A DNA stretch of 64,000 nucleotides. Source: Candidatus Moraniibacteriota bacterium (GTDB lineage: Bacteria; Patescibacteriota; Minisyncoccia; Moranbacterales; UBA2206). Made by a program: the position numbers and the translations under genes. Under the pieces are notes generated by a model that saw only the letters and a list, made by a program, of their open reading frames with translations, did no database searches and was not told where the DNA came from. The stretch covers positions 4,095 through 68,094 of the forward strand of contig JAUSNP010000006.1 of the NCBI GenBank assembly GCA_030645735.1, in the 5' to 3' direction. Shown here piece after piece: positions 29,256-37,541 of the stretch (within the stretch, counting starts at the first letter, position 1; every line of letters begins with the position of its first letter).

Positions 29256-30725
29256 TCACATCTGAGTTGCGTTCGCAGAATTTTCTGCCAAAGGCTTGCC
29301 AATAATCCATGACCAGAAAATATCTTCAATATCTTCGTCATCCTTCGCTAAGTATTCAAAGATCACACGAAAAATGGCCTTATGCTTACGGCAGAAATCA
29401 TTTTCTGGTCTTTTGCCAACCATATCACCATAGACAGCGTAATTCCTAACTGGATCGGCACCGCAATAGGACTGAAAAACGCACCAAGCACAGCCAGGCA
29501 GTGCCTCTATACAAGAAGAACTGATTATTTCTCTCAGTCTCTCACTTCCAAATATTTCACGCCAAGAGTGGCTATGAGCGTTCCCGACACAAAAAGATTT
29601 ATCACCTTTGGAATGTGCCAGCATCCGGGCTTCATCCGATACATACACATCCCCGTTTGTGTCGTAAATCACGCCCCCAATTCCAACACCTGCTGGAGAC
29701 TGCAAATCCACAAATCCTGTCGAAAATGGGGTCAGAATTCTTGATAGCAATAGGGTTGTAAACATTTCTGGGAAATACACCCCGGAACGGTTGATTTGGA
29801 TAATTTTATCTAACGCCTTTGCATAGGCATCGACAAAATCATCCACAGAATAACCAAGCCGGTTCCACTCAGCTGATGCATAGCCGAGCGGGTTAAGCAT
29901 TCTTAAGAAAATAGAACCCAATCCTCGGGCAATATATTCGTCAATCACTTCATCAAGGTGATCAATGCTCAAGTCAGTGACAGTCATTAAAGCTGAAATA
30001 TTATCATGGCCAAGAGAAGATTGAGCTAGTGCCAAGTTTGCTGTCACATTTTTATAGCTTCCTTCTCCACTTCTATTTTTACGAAACTCGTCATGAATAT
30101 ACTCAGGGCCATCCAATGAGGTAGAAATATAAATTTTATTAGATTTAATATACTCAAGTTTATCTTCATCAAGAGCAATCAAATTTGTACAAACGACAAA
30201 CTCTAAATTCTTTTTATATTTTTCATTAAGCTCTAGCGAATACTCAACAACACTTTTCAAAACATTAAAATTCAATAGTGGCTCACCACCCTGAAATTCA
30301 ATTTTGATAGACTTAGCCGGACTCATAAAAACCAGTTCAACGCATTTTCTTGCGGTGGCAACATCCATATCAAGCACATCTTTGTCTTCAACACAAACCG
30401 ATGAAGCATGGCAGTATGCGCACCTTTGATTACACCTTCGAGTAAGAACAAACATGTGAAGAGAAGTAAAATCATACAGAAACTGTTTTTTAGTGCGGTA
30501 TTTGGTGGCCAGCAAATCTATCACATTAGAAAGATGAGAATCCCAGATCATGTTTTTGGATTTTAAATCTAGGTATTCACTGGATTCCGGCGAAATTTTT
30601 CGCCCGATCAATGCGTCAAAACTTGATTCTGGAAGGAAATGAAAATCTCCGACATCATTCACAAGGAGCACCCGATCCGCTACGCGCTCGAACCGGAATG
30701 GCAAAAAGCGATAAGACTGGCTCAT
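29256..30725 (-). CDS. hxsB: His-Xaa-Ser system radical SAM/SPASM maturase HxsB
   Basis: FLPFRF N-terminus, CNQRCAYC, IEFQGGEPLLN, VDLQSPAG, SDEARML, CAWC...YCGADP. Confidence 0.93.
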   Translation of the reverse strand: MSQSYRFLPFRFERVADRVLLVNDVGDFHFLPESSFDALIGRKISPESSEYLDLKSKNMIWDSHLSNVIDLLATKYRTKKQFLYDFTSLHMFVLTRRCNQRCAYCHASSVCVEDKDVLDMDVATARKCVELVFMSPAKSIKIEFQGGEPLLNFNVLKSVVEYSLELNEKYKKNLEFVVCTNLIALDEDKLEYIKSNKIYISTSLDGPEYIHDEFRKNRSGEGSYKNVTANLALAQSSLGHDNISALMTVTDLSIDHLDEVIDEYIARGLGSIFLRMLNPLGYASAEWNRLGYSVDDFVDAYAKALDKIIQINRSGVYFPEMFTTLLLSRILTPFSTGFVDLQSPAGVGIGGVIYDTNGDVYVSDEARMLAHSKGDKSFCVGNAHSHSWREIFGSERLREIISSSCIEALPGCAWCVFQSYCGADPVRNYAVYGDMVGKRPENDFCRKHKAIFRVIFEYLAKDDEDIEDIFWSWIIGKPLAENSANATQM

Positions 30726-31060
30726 GGCTGAATTTTGCTCACGATGATATCGAGGTTATCAACTGGCTCGAAAGCCTGAGCAATGATCATCTCTCGAACC
30801 AATTTATAATCTCTTCCGACATCGACTCGTATTTGATGATCGGTAACCAAACGGATGAACTCGGAAATCAAGGAATCTGGAGTTGCTTCTGAGATCGATA
30901 CAGGCACATTGAAATTTACCTGGATTCTTCCCGCCGATGCAGTTTCGATGACTATCGTCGCTTTCTCTGTGAAATCATAGGAAGCATTCTTTATTGCCTC
31001 CAGAGAATACACTTTAGCGTCGAAACTAGTTGATACCACAACGTTATTCAATCTATTCAA
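30722..31060 (-). CDS. hxsD: His-Xaa-Ser system protein HxsD
   Basis: VYSLEAIKNASYDF...DHQIR....VREMIIAQAF; overlaps the hxsB start. Confidence 0.88.
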   Translation of the reverse strand: MNRLNNVVVSTSFDAKVYSLEAIKNASYDFTEKATIVIETASAGRIQVNFNVPVSISEATPDSLISEFIRLVTDHQIRVDVGRDYKLVREMIIAQAFEPVDNLDIIVSKIQP

Positions 31061-31136
31061 GTTTAGATCCCTGCGAGATTTTTCGCATCTTGCGCCTCAA
31101 CTGAGGGAAACGGCTCGAAACATTCACCAAGTGTAT

Positions 31137-31922
31137 CTAATTTTCGAAAATTCGTCGTGTATCATTAAGCACTGCCCTAAGGAGCACTACTGAGCTTGCA
31201 ACTTGATGCGCAACCTCGTCGTCTGTCATTTTTCTTCCGTTTTCTTTGTAGGCAGCGTTGGCAATGGAGATAGATGAATTGGCAATTTTCACTATTTCCC
31301 GTTTCAAGTCATCCTCAGAAGAAACCACAATCTTTTCAGAAAGAATACCCTTTCCCATGTATGGCAGAACTTCGTCAAACCTCGCATCGAAAGCGCCATG
31401 CGCCTTGCCCGACCATAGCCCTTCGTCATGATAAACTTTACCGTCGCTTGCAGGCTCATCCTTGTAAGGGTAATTATGCAGCGGTTGAGAGAGATCACCT
31501 ATCAGATGTGCGATTGTCATCAGTCCATAATTATAATCTGACGAGTATTTCGTGGTCTTAATTTTCCGATAAAGGTCAACAATTTTCCAATACAAAACAC
31601 CCGATTCCGCTGGCACCATGATCTTAATAGACCGCGACGCCGGATCAGCTTTCGGAACATATTCTTGTTCTGAAACGCCATATTTATCGATATATTCGGG
31701 TGAGACTGCCGTATTCGGAGCCGCATTGTGATAATGGAACTGAACCAACAGGTTGTAATTATCGTACCGTGAAGCGTCGGGGACACAGGCATTTTCCGGA
31801 TCGTCTAAACCTGCTTGATGAGCTATGAAGCTGTGGGTTTGACATGACCATCCATAGCAGATGCTAGCAGGTAACGCCATGAACATCCCGAGCAACACGA
31901 CAGGTTTCATTATTTTGCGCAT
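31137..31922 (-). CDS. Secreted S1/P1 nuclease / phospholipase C-like Zn hydrolase
   Basis: Signal peptide then W...H (WSCQTH), HLIGDLSQPLH, HGAFD. Confidence 0.8.
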   Translation of the reverse strand: MRKIMKPVVLLGMFMALPASICYGWSCQTHSFIAHQAGLDDPENACVPDASRYDNYNLLVQFHYHNAAPNTAVSPEYIDKYGVSEQEYVPKADPASRSIKIMVPAESGVLYWKIVDLYRKIKTTKYSSDYNYGLMTIAHLIGDLSQPLHNYPYKDEPASDGKVYHDEGLWSGKAHGAFDARFDEVLPYMGKGILSEKIVVSSEDDLKREIVKIANSSISIANAAYKENGRKMTDDEVAHQVASSVVLLRAVLNDTRRIFEN

Positions 31923-31985
31923 TTCCACACCTCGTTGTTTCGGGCCAGGCAGTTCCAAGTACGAACTACCTGGCCGAGGATCAAT

Positions 31986-32162
31986 TTATTTTCCCAAATG
32001 TTTTCTTACTGCTGCGCCGGATGTACCAACAGCTTTTACAGCAGCTTTAAGCTCTTTTTCTGAACAACTGAGGGCCTTACACCAGTTTCTGACCTCAGCC
32101 GGATCATTGATGTCAATGCGTTTTGCATCAAGCGGGTGTGTGATTTTTTTGTTGTCCGTCAT
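31986..32162 (-). CDS. DUF3606-family small protein (58 aa; absent from the ORF track)
   Basis: Manual translation MTDNKKITHPLDAKRIDINDPAEVRNWCKALSCSEKELKAAVKAVGTSGAAVRKHLGK; SD aaggag. Confidence 0.8.
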   Translation of the reverse strand: MTDNKKITHPLDAKRIDINDPAEVRNWCKALSCSEKELKAAVKAVGTSGAAVRKHLGK

Positions 32163-32471
32163 AACGATCTCCTTGAGTTAACATCTTTATGAAATTCACC
32201 TCGTGGCTTGTACACTTTTCTAAAGCATCAATGGTAATGTTTCCAATGGCACCAGACAACACCTCTCTTATTAATCCCAAATATTATTCCTGGCATCTTA
32301 AAGGACTAATGACCCAGGTCAATAAGGGGATGGTGTAAATTAATAGGGGTTTTCCCTACCAGCGCAATAAGCCATCTCAGGAAGCCACCGACTCACACGA
32401 AAACGTACGGCAACAAACATTGTATGTGTGGGAAATATATTTATGTAACCAGAAATGGTCGTCAAAAAAAA

Positions 32472-32512
32472 TAATCGTCAAAAAGGGAACGTGACTACGT
32501 TCCCTTAATTTT
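32472..32512 (+). repeat. Terminator-containing direct repeat, copy 2
   Basis: taatcgtcaaaaagggaacgtgactacgttcccttaatttt. Confidence 0.88.
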
Positions 32513-32768
32513 GTATAAAAACACAGTTAGGCAAGTTCTTTACTGATTGGTTATGATGGCGCTAAAAATTTCGCACAGACAATTAGGAGGACGCGCAAGG
32601 TCAAATTTCGCTCGCAGAGGCTCAGCACACAATCGCTATGGATTGGATTGCGGTGTACAAAGAGTTTTATGATCCAGCAGGGTGCAGATAAATCGTTTGT
32701 TTAGGTCAATCGTAATGCCAATAGAAGAAGCACTCACCGGCTAACAGCTAACGGGATAAGGCGATAGT

Positions 32769-33890
32769 ATGACGACTGATTTCAGTATTAACAAGGTTGT
32801 AATCCACGAGCTAATCAAAGAACAGCACAAGGGAATACAGCCATCAAATATACGGCCCAGTGTTTTAGATGGCAGGAATGAAGCTGTTAAAAAATTAATC
32901 ATGGGCATTACTTCCCTTTACGGAAGACGTAACAATAATGCCCATTATGGCACATTCCGAATAGGCGAAGGTCGCGGTTCATTTCCAGATCATTTTGAAT
33001 CATATGCCCTCGTTATGCCACCCACCGAAGATGTCTTCTTGGCATTGACCCAAATCGCCATGAAATCTTTGTACTCAAAAGCCGAATTAAGCCCTCTAGC
33101 ATCAGGTGGCTACATTTTATTTTGTGACTACTCAAACCAGCAAGGTCGATATTTCTTAACCGCAATGGTCAAGCAAAAAGAAGGCATTAAACTGAGCGAA
33201 GCTTTGGAACCAGAAGAGCTTGTTCAATTAGATTTAAGTCGGCTCCACCAAGCTGCACGAATCAATTTTGGTAAATTATCGGCATATTTAGCGGCAGACG
33301 AAAGAGATCGGCTCGAATTAAGTTATTTAAGTTTCGTAAGCCCACACACAGGCAAAACCGCCGCTGGTTATTTTATAACTGCTCTTGGCTGTGCACCTGG
33401 AGCCGGTTCTGCACGCGCCACAGAGACATTGATTCAGGAGAGCACAAAGTTCTTCAAAGAGAATGAGACGCTACAGCCACACGCCAGAGAGTTCAAAATC
33501 AACCTAATCGCTTACTTGCAAAGAAAAAAAGAGTCCGGTGAGTCCGCAAAGCTTTCGGAAATAGAGGAAATTGCTCGGCCATTTATGCCTGCCGATGAGT
33601 CTGGCCAAGCCGACGACCTTGTAGATGCTTTCATTACTCGCTTAAATAGTGAAGAGCTGGCAGTTCCAATTGAGTTTCCAGTAAGTAAGCGTGCCCTCGG
33701 CAGATATACGCATATAAAATATAAGGCGGACAACTGGGAATTAAACTTTGAGCGAGGGGCACTCGGCAATGACGATACAGCCGACATTTACTATGACACT
33801 GCTCTAAATCGTATCATAATAAATCAAATCCCTACTGGTGCGATTGAATTAATCAAACAAGAACTTGATAGCCGCGTAACTGAGCAATAG
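32769..33890 (+). CDS. Nucleoid-associated protein NdpA/YejK (NA37)-like
   Basis: VVIHELIK, ASGGYILF, LDLSRLHQAARIN, YLSF, YFITALGC. Confidence 0.8.
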   Translation: MTTDFSINKVVIHELIKEQHKGIQPSNIRPSVLDGRNEAVKKLIMGITSLYGRRNNNAHYGTFRIGEGRGSFPDHFESYALVMPPTEDVFLALTQIAMKSLYSKAELSPLASGGYILFCDYSNQQGRYFLTAMVKQKEGIKLSEALEPEELVQLDLSRLHQAARINFGKLSAYLAADERDRLELSYLSFVSPHTGKTAAGYFITALGCAPGAGSARATETLIQESTKFFKENETLQPHAREFKINLIAYLQRKKESGESAKLSEIEEIARPFMPADESGQADDLVDAFITRLNSEELAVPIEFPVSKRALGRYTHIKYKADNWELNFERGALGNDDTADIYYDTALNRIIINQIPTGAIELIKQELDSRVTEQ

Positions 33891-33893
33891 ATA

Positions 33894-35114
33894 ATGTCAC
33901 TCTCATATTTTATTGAATTATTTCGAATTGCTGGGAAACCAGCAATTACTGGAGGAATGTTTTATGCGAGTCTAATTTACGACTCAAATGTTTCTAAGCT
34001 CATTACAGAAATACGCAAAATCAAAGCAGCAGTTTATTTCGATGAAATTATCGTCGATGGCTCAGAAATACTCGACACCAATCCACTGCCAGAGACATGG
34101 AGCAAAATTCAATTCACACTCAAGCTACCAGTTGATTCTTCAAGGAGGTTTTATCAATCTATTGAGGATCTAATCAACTGGCCCAAAACCTCAAGAGGTG
34201 AGCTACCTGAGGAATTCTATATAGTTGACCATGATTATTGCAGTGGCGAAGAGCCAATTCCTGCTAAATTGGAAAAATTGCTCAGTATATGTAAGCTTAT
34301 AAAGTCGTTATCATGTCTTGCCAATTATCATGACGAAAAAGCTGAATCTGGATATTACAAATTAGTATTTATCCAATCTAACGATACTCAATATTTGCCA
34401 GCGACAGTCATTGAAACAAAGATAAGTAAAGAAATTCTAGAATTTTCAACCCCAGACATTAGATTGGTTCAGGGCTTATGTTCAGAAACTGCCAAGACTG
34501 ACCCTCATTACAATTTACAGATAGGTGTTTTTTCTGTATCTATTACTGATTTCATGAGCAAATCACCAGGAAATGGACAGTCTTTTTCTTTTCTAATTCA
34601 GAATTGGAAAGATTTCTTAGAAATATACCAACAAAACCTAAGCACATATTTAAGTGGATTTTCTTTTCACAAGGCAAAAAAGGAAGTTGCTGAAACAGAA
34701 CTAAAAATGGCAGAACAGTTTTCTAAAGTAATAAGTGACATCACAATTAAACTATTTAGCATCCCAGTATCATTCGCAGGGGTTATTATTATAGCGAAGC
34801 CAGTTAATGTTATCGAGAGTTCATTAGTTGAAATTGGCCTTATCCTTGCTGCATATCTTATTGATTGTACTGTTGACAACCAGCAACGTCAATTATCTTG
34901 TATAAGTGATGCGAAGAATATCGTCTTAAATTCTTTCGAGGGCAAAAAGGCAAGCTATCCGGATGAACTGAAAGTTGCTGTTAAAGGAATGAAAACCAAA
35001 CTTGACGAAGGAGAAAGAAAACTGCGCCGATCATTAATTTCTTTCCGTGTGTTGAGTTGGTTACCTCCTATTGCCGGCATGGTTCCGCACATTTATTATC
35101 ACTTCCTATCCTAG
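33894..35114 (+). CDS. Hypothetical protein with C-terminal transmembrane helices
   Basis: 3 nt downstream of the NdpA-like gene; hydrophobic KLFSIPVSFAGVIII, IGLILAAYLI and C-terminal segments. Confidence 0.75.
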   Translation: MSLSYFIELFRIAGKPAITGGMFYASLIYDSNVSKLITEIRKIKAAVYFDEIIVDGSEILDTNPLPETWSKIQFTLKLPVDSSRRFYQSIEDLINWPKTSRGELPEEFYIVDHDYCSGEEPIPAKLEKLLSICKLIKSLSCLANYHDEKAESGYYKLVFIQSNDTQYLPATVIETKISKEILEFSTPDIRLVQGLCSETAKTDPHYNLQIGVFSVSITDFMSKSPGNGQSFSFLIQNWKDFLEIYQQNLSTYLSGFSFHKAKKEVAETELKMAEQFSKVISDITIKLFSIPVSFAGVIIIAKPVNVIESSLVEIGLILAAYLIDCTVDNQQRQLSCISDAKNIVLNSFEGKKASYPDELKVAVKGMKTKLDEGERKLRRSLISFRVLSWLPPIAGMVPHIYYHFLS

Positions 35115-35185
35115 TGTTTTTATGTGATTTACACAGAATGTAGTGACAGAACGGGCAGAGGTAAAATAAAAACCAGGAGGGTACT

Positions 35186-35422
35186 ATGGCACTTTACAAA
35201 CAAGAACAATATCTGACGAAATCCAATGATGTTGCTTTTGATTCAAAATATTCTCCCGGAACCGCTGCGCCCCACCCCGGAATTTACCGTTGCACATCCT
35301 GTGGAGACGAAATAGCCATAGCTGGCGGACACATTTTGCCACCCCAAAACCACAAGCAACATAATCCTTCAAATGGTGCTGTTCACTGGCAACTATTGGT
35401 ATACCCAGTCCAGAAGAAGTGA
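35186..35422 (+). CDS. Small YjzC-like Zn-ribbon protein
   Basis: PGTAAPHPGIYRCTSCG...LPP...W; SD aggagg. Confidence 0.75.
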   Translation: MALYKQEQYLTKSNDVAFDSKYSPGTAAPHPGIYRCTSCGDEIAIAGGHILPPQNHKQHNPSNGAVHWQLLVYPVQKK

Positions 35423-35447
35423 CACCCCCCCCACTTGCGTATTGTGA

Positions 35448-35490
35448 AAAAACCCCCGACTCATCAATTTGATGAGTCGGGGCTGAGTTT
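35448..35490. terminator. Bidirectional terminator between convergent genes
   Basis: ccccgactcatca-att-tgatgagtcgggg. Confidence 0.75.
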
Positions 35491-35510
35491 TACGACCAAA
35501 TGACAATGTT

Positions 35511-37436
35511 CTACGTTTCCTCCTCCTGCCACAATTTTTCCATCTTCTCTTTTGACCTGTTACTAGGAACTCGCTTGCCGTTTTCCCATGATTGAACCGA
35601 GCTAGGATCAGCCCCAAGCAATTTGGCAATTTCCTTTGTAGAGAGTCCAAGGTGTGTCCGGAAAAGGCGTAATCTTTCACCTTCCGTTTGGGAAGGCTCG
35701 ATAAGGCAATATCCCAGGAAAGAAAATATCTTCGGATAATGCCGGACGGAGGGTGGGTAATGGTTCAACTCCCACTTATTAACCGAACAAGAGTCTACAC
35801 CAATCACTTTGGCCACATCTTTCTGCTCAAGGCCAAGTTCCAACCGTTTTGCTCTCAGATGATCGCCAAGAGTTACTAACTCACTGGGATGCTTGGGATT
35901 TTGAGGCCGGACAGAGGCTTTAGTTACAGGTGACAACTTAGCAATGAAACCATGAGTATTCGTTGCTAAGTTGTTGTCATTTAGAAAAAAGGGGAGGTAG
36001 TGCAGATTGACGGCTACTTCGTCTTTGTGGATGATGATGCTTTCGGTAATGGCTTCCACGATTTGGTGTTGTTCGTCGCGTGACATGATCGACCAACGGG
36101 AATGAAGGTCTTTGGTTTCGGACATAATTTGCTCAGAGGATAGATTCTTAATTTTCAAAAAGTCTATCTCACTCTGGAGTTTAGGAAGCTGGTTGTCCAG
36201 TTGAGCAAAACGCTCTTCAAGAGGTCTGTGTTTTCTCCCGAATCCTTCCTTGGAAATCTGTCCGTCCATGTAGAGGTCATAGAGCTTATCCATCTCCCGC
36301 CCAAGATCGGTTTTTTCTTTTTTCAGGACTTCCAGTTGTTGAGACTTTTCCCGGATCGTGTCATCGGCTTGGTGAAAATAGGTGGCCAGGTCATCCTCAG
36401 AAAGCAGGAAATCCTTGAGCTGTTCTTGGTAAATTGCTTCCAAGTCTTCCGCTGGAATTTTGTTGCGGCACTTTACACATGTGTATTTCTTGCTGCCCGA
36501 AGGCACATACATCTTGCCATCACAATGGCAGAAAGTGAGCCCTGCAAAAAGGTGGGTAGCTGGTTTCCTCGGGATTCTTTTTCCGGACTCTTTCTGATCA
36601 GCCAAAATGGCGTTGCATTTTCCCCAGAGTTCTTCCGTAACAATCGGCTCGACGCTGGAAAAGACCCATTGATCTTCCGGTTTGAGCTCCCAATGTTTCC
36701 TGTCACCAGTACTCCGGGTGTAATTGGCCCGACGCATCCCTTTGGCAATAGGATCGGTAAGGAGCCTATCGACTGTGGTGTCTGTAAATTCTCCACCGTT
36801 ACGAGTCCGATAGCCTCTTTGGTTGAGTAACCTTGCCACGGTCTTTTTCCGCTTATGTTCCAAAAACAATTCGAACATAAGTTGGCGGATGGGAGATTCG
36901 TGAGGATTCACGACCAGGCTTTTGCCTTCCCACTGATAGCCGAAAGGGGCAGCCCCTCCGAGTGGTTTTCCTAATTGTGCCCGGATCGGCACAGAGGCGG
37001 CCACTCGATCACTGATTTCTTCGCGCTCCCATTGGGCCATGGCGGCAATCATTGTGTAAAAAAGTCTACCAGCTGGCGAGGTGGTGTCGATAGCCTCCTG
37101 AAGGGAAATCAGACCGGCATCAGATGATCGAAAGATGTCGGCAATGTCCAGAAGTTCACGGGTATTCCGGGCAATGCGTGCTAACTTTGAAAAAATAATC
37201 CCCGAGATATGCCCAGACCGAATGTCAGCAATCATGCGTTGTGCTTCAGGATGATCCAACACGGATTTACCGCTGACGCCGGAAAGATTGTAGAGCTCAA
37301 CAACATTCCAGTTCTTCGACTGCGCGTAGTATCGAGCGCGTTGTTCGTGGTTTTCGGGGCTTTCCCCCTTGGCTTGATCTTCCGTTGATACCCTAACCCA
37401 GATACCGACACGTTTAGAACTTTGCGGTTTATCCAT
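35511..37436 (-). CDS. Second large serine recombinase with C-terminal tandem XRE HTH domains
   Basis: WVRVSTEDQ, SKLARIARN, Zn ribbon CHC/CVKC; tail TLGDHLRAKRLELGLEQKDVA and RLRLFRTHLGLSTKEIA. Confidence 0.92.
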   Translation of the reverse strand: MDKPQSSKRVGIWVRVSTEDQAKGESPENHEQRARYYAQSKNWNVVELYNLSGVSGKSVLDHPEAQRMIADIRSGHISGIIFSKLARIARNTRELLDIADIFRSSDAGLISLQEAIDTTSPAGRLFYTMIAAMAQWEREEISDRVAASVPIRAQLGKPLGGAAPFGYQWEGKSLVVNPHESPIRQLMFELFLEHKRKKTVARLLNQRGYRTRNGGEFTDTTVDRLLTDPIAKGMRRANYTRSTGDRKHWELKPEDQWVFSSVEPIVTEELWGKCNAILADQKESGKRIPRKPATHLFAGLTFCHCDGKMYVPSGSKKYTCVKCRNKIPAEDLEAIYQEQLKDFLLSEDDLATYFHQADDTIREKSQQLEVLKKEKTDLGREMDKLYDLYMDGQISKEGFGRKHRPLEERFAQLDNQLPKLQSEIDFLKIKNLSSEQIMSETKDLHSRWSIMSRDEQHQIVEAITESIIIHKDEVAVNLHYLPFFLNDNNLATNTHGFIAKLSPVTKASVRPQNPKHPSELVTLGDHLRAKRLELGLEQKDVAKVIGVDSCSVNKWELNHYPPSVRHYPKIFSFLGYCLIEPSQTEGERLRLFRTHLGLSTKEIAKLLGADPSSVQSWENGKRVPSNRSKEKMEKLWQEEET

Positions 37437-37541
37437 ATTCTCACCCCACCAAAATTGTTAAAGTGCCAGCAATCAGTTTTGTGTTTTTCTCAGTTGGAAT
37501 TGTAACGTCAATTAGCAGACCATCAAAGGCGGTGTTCTTTG

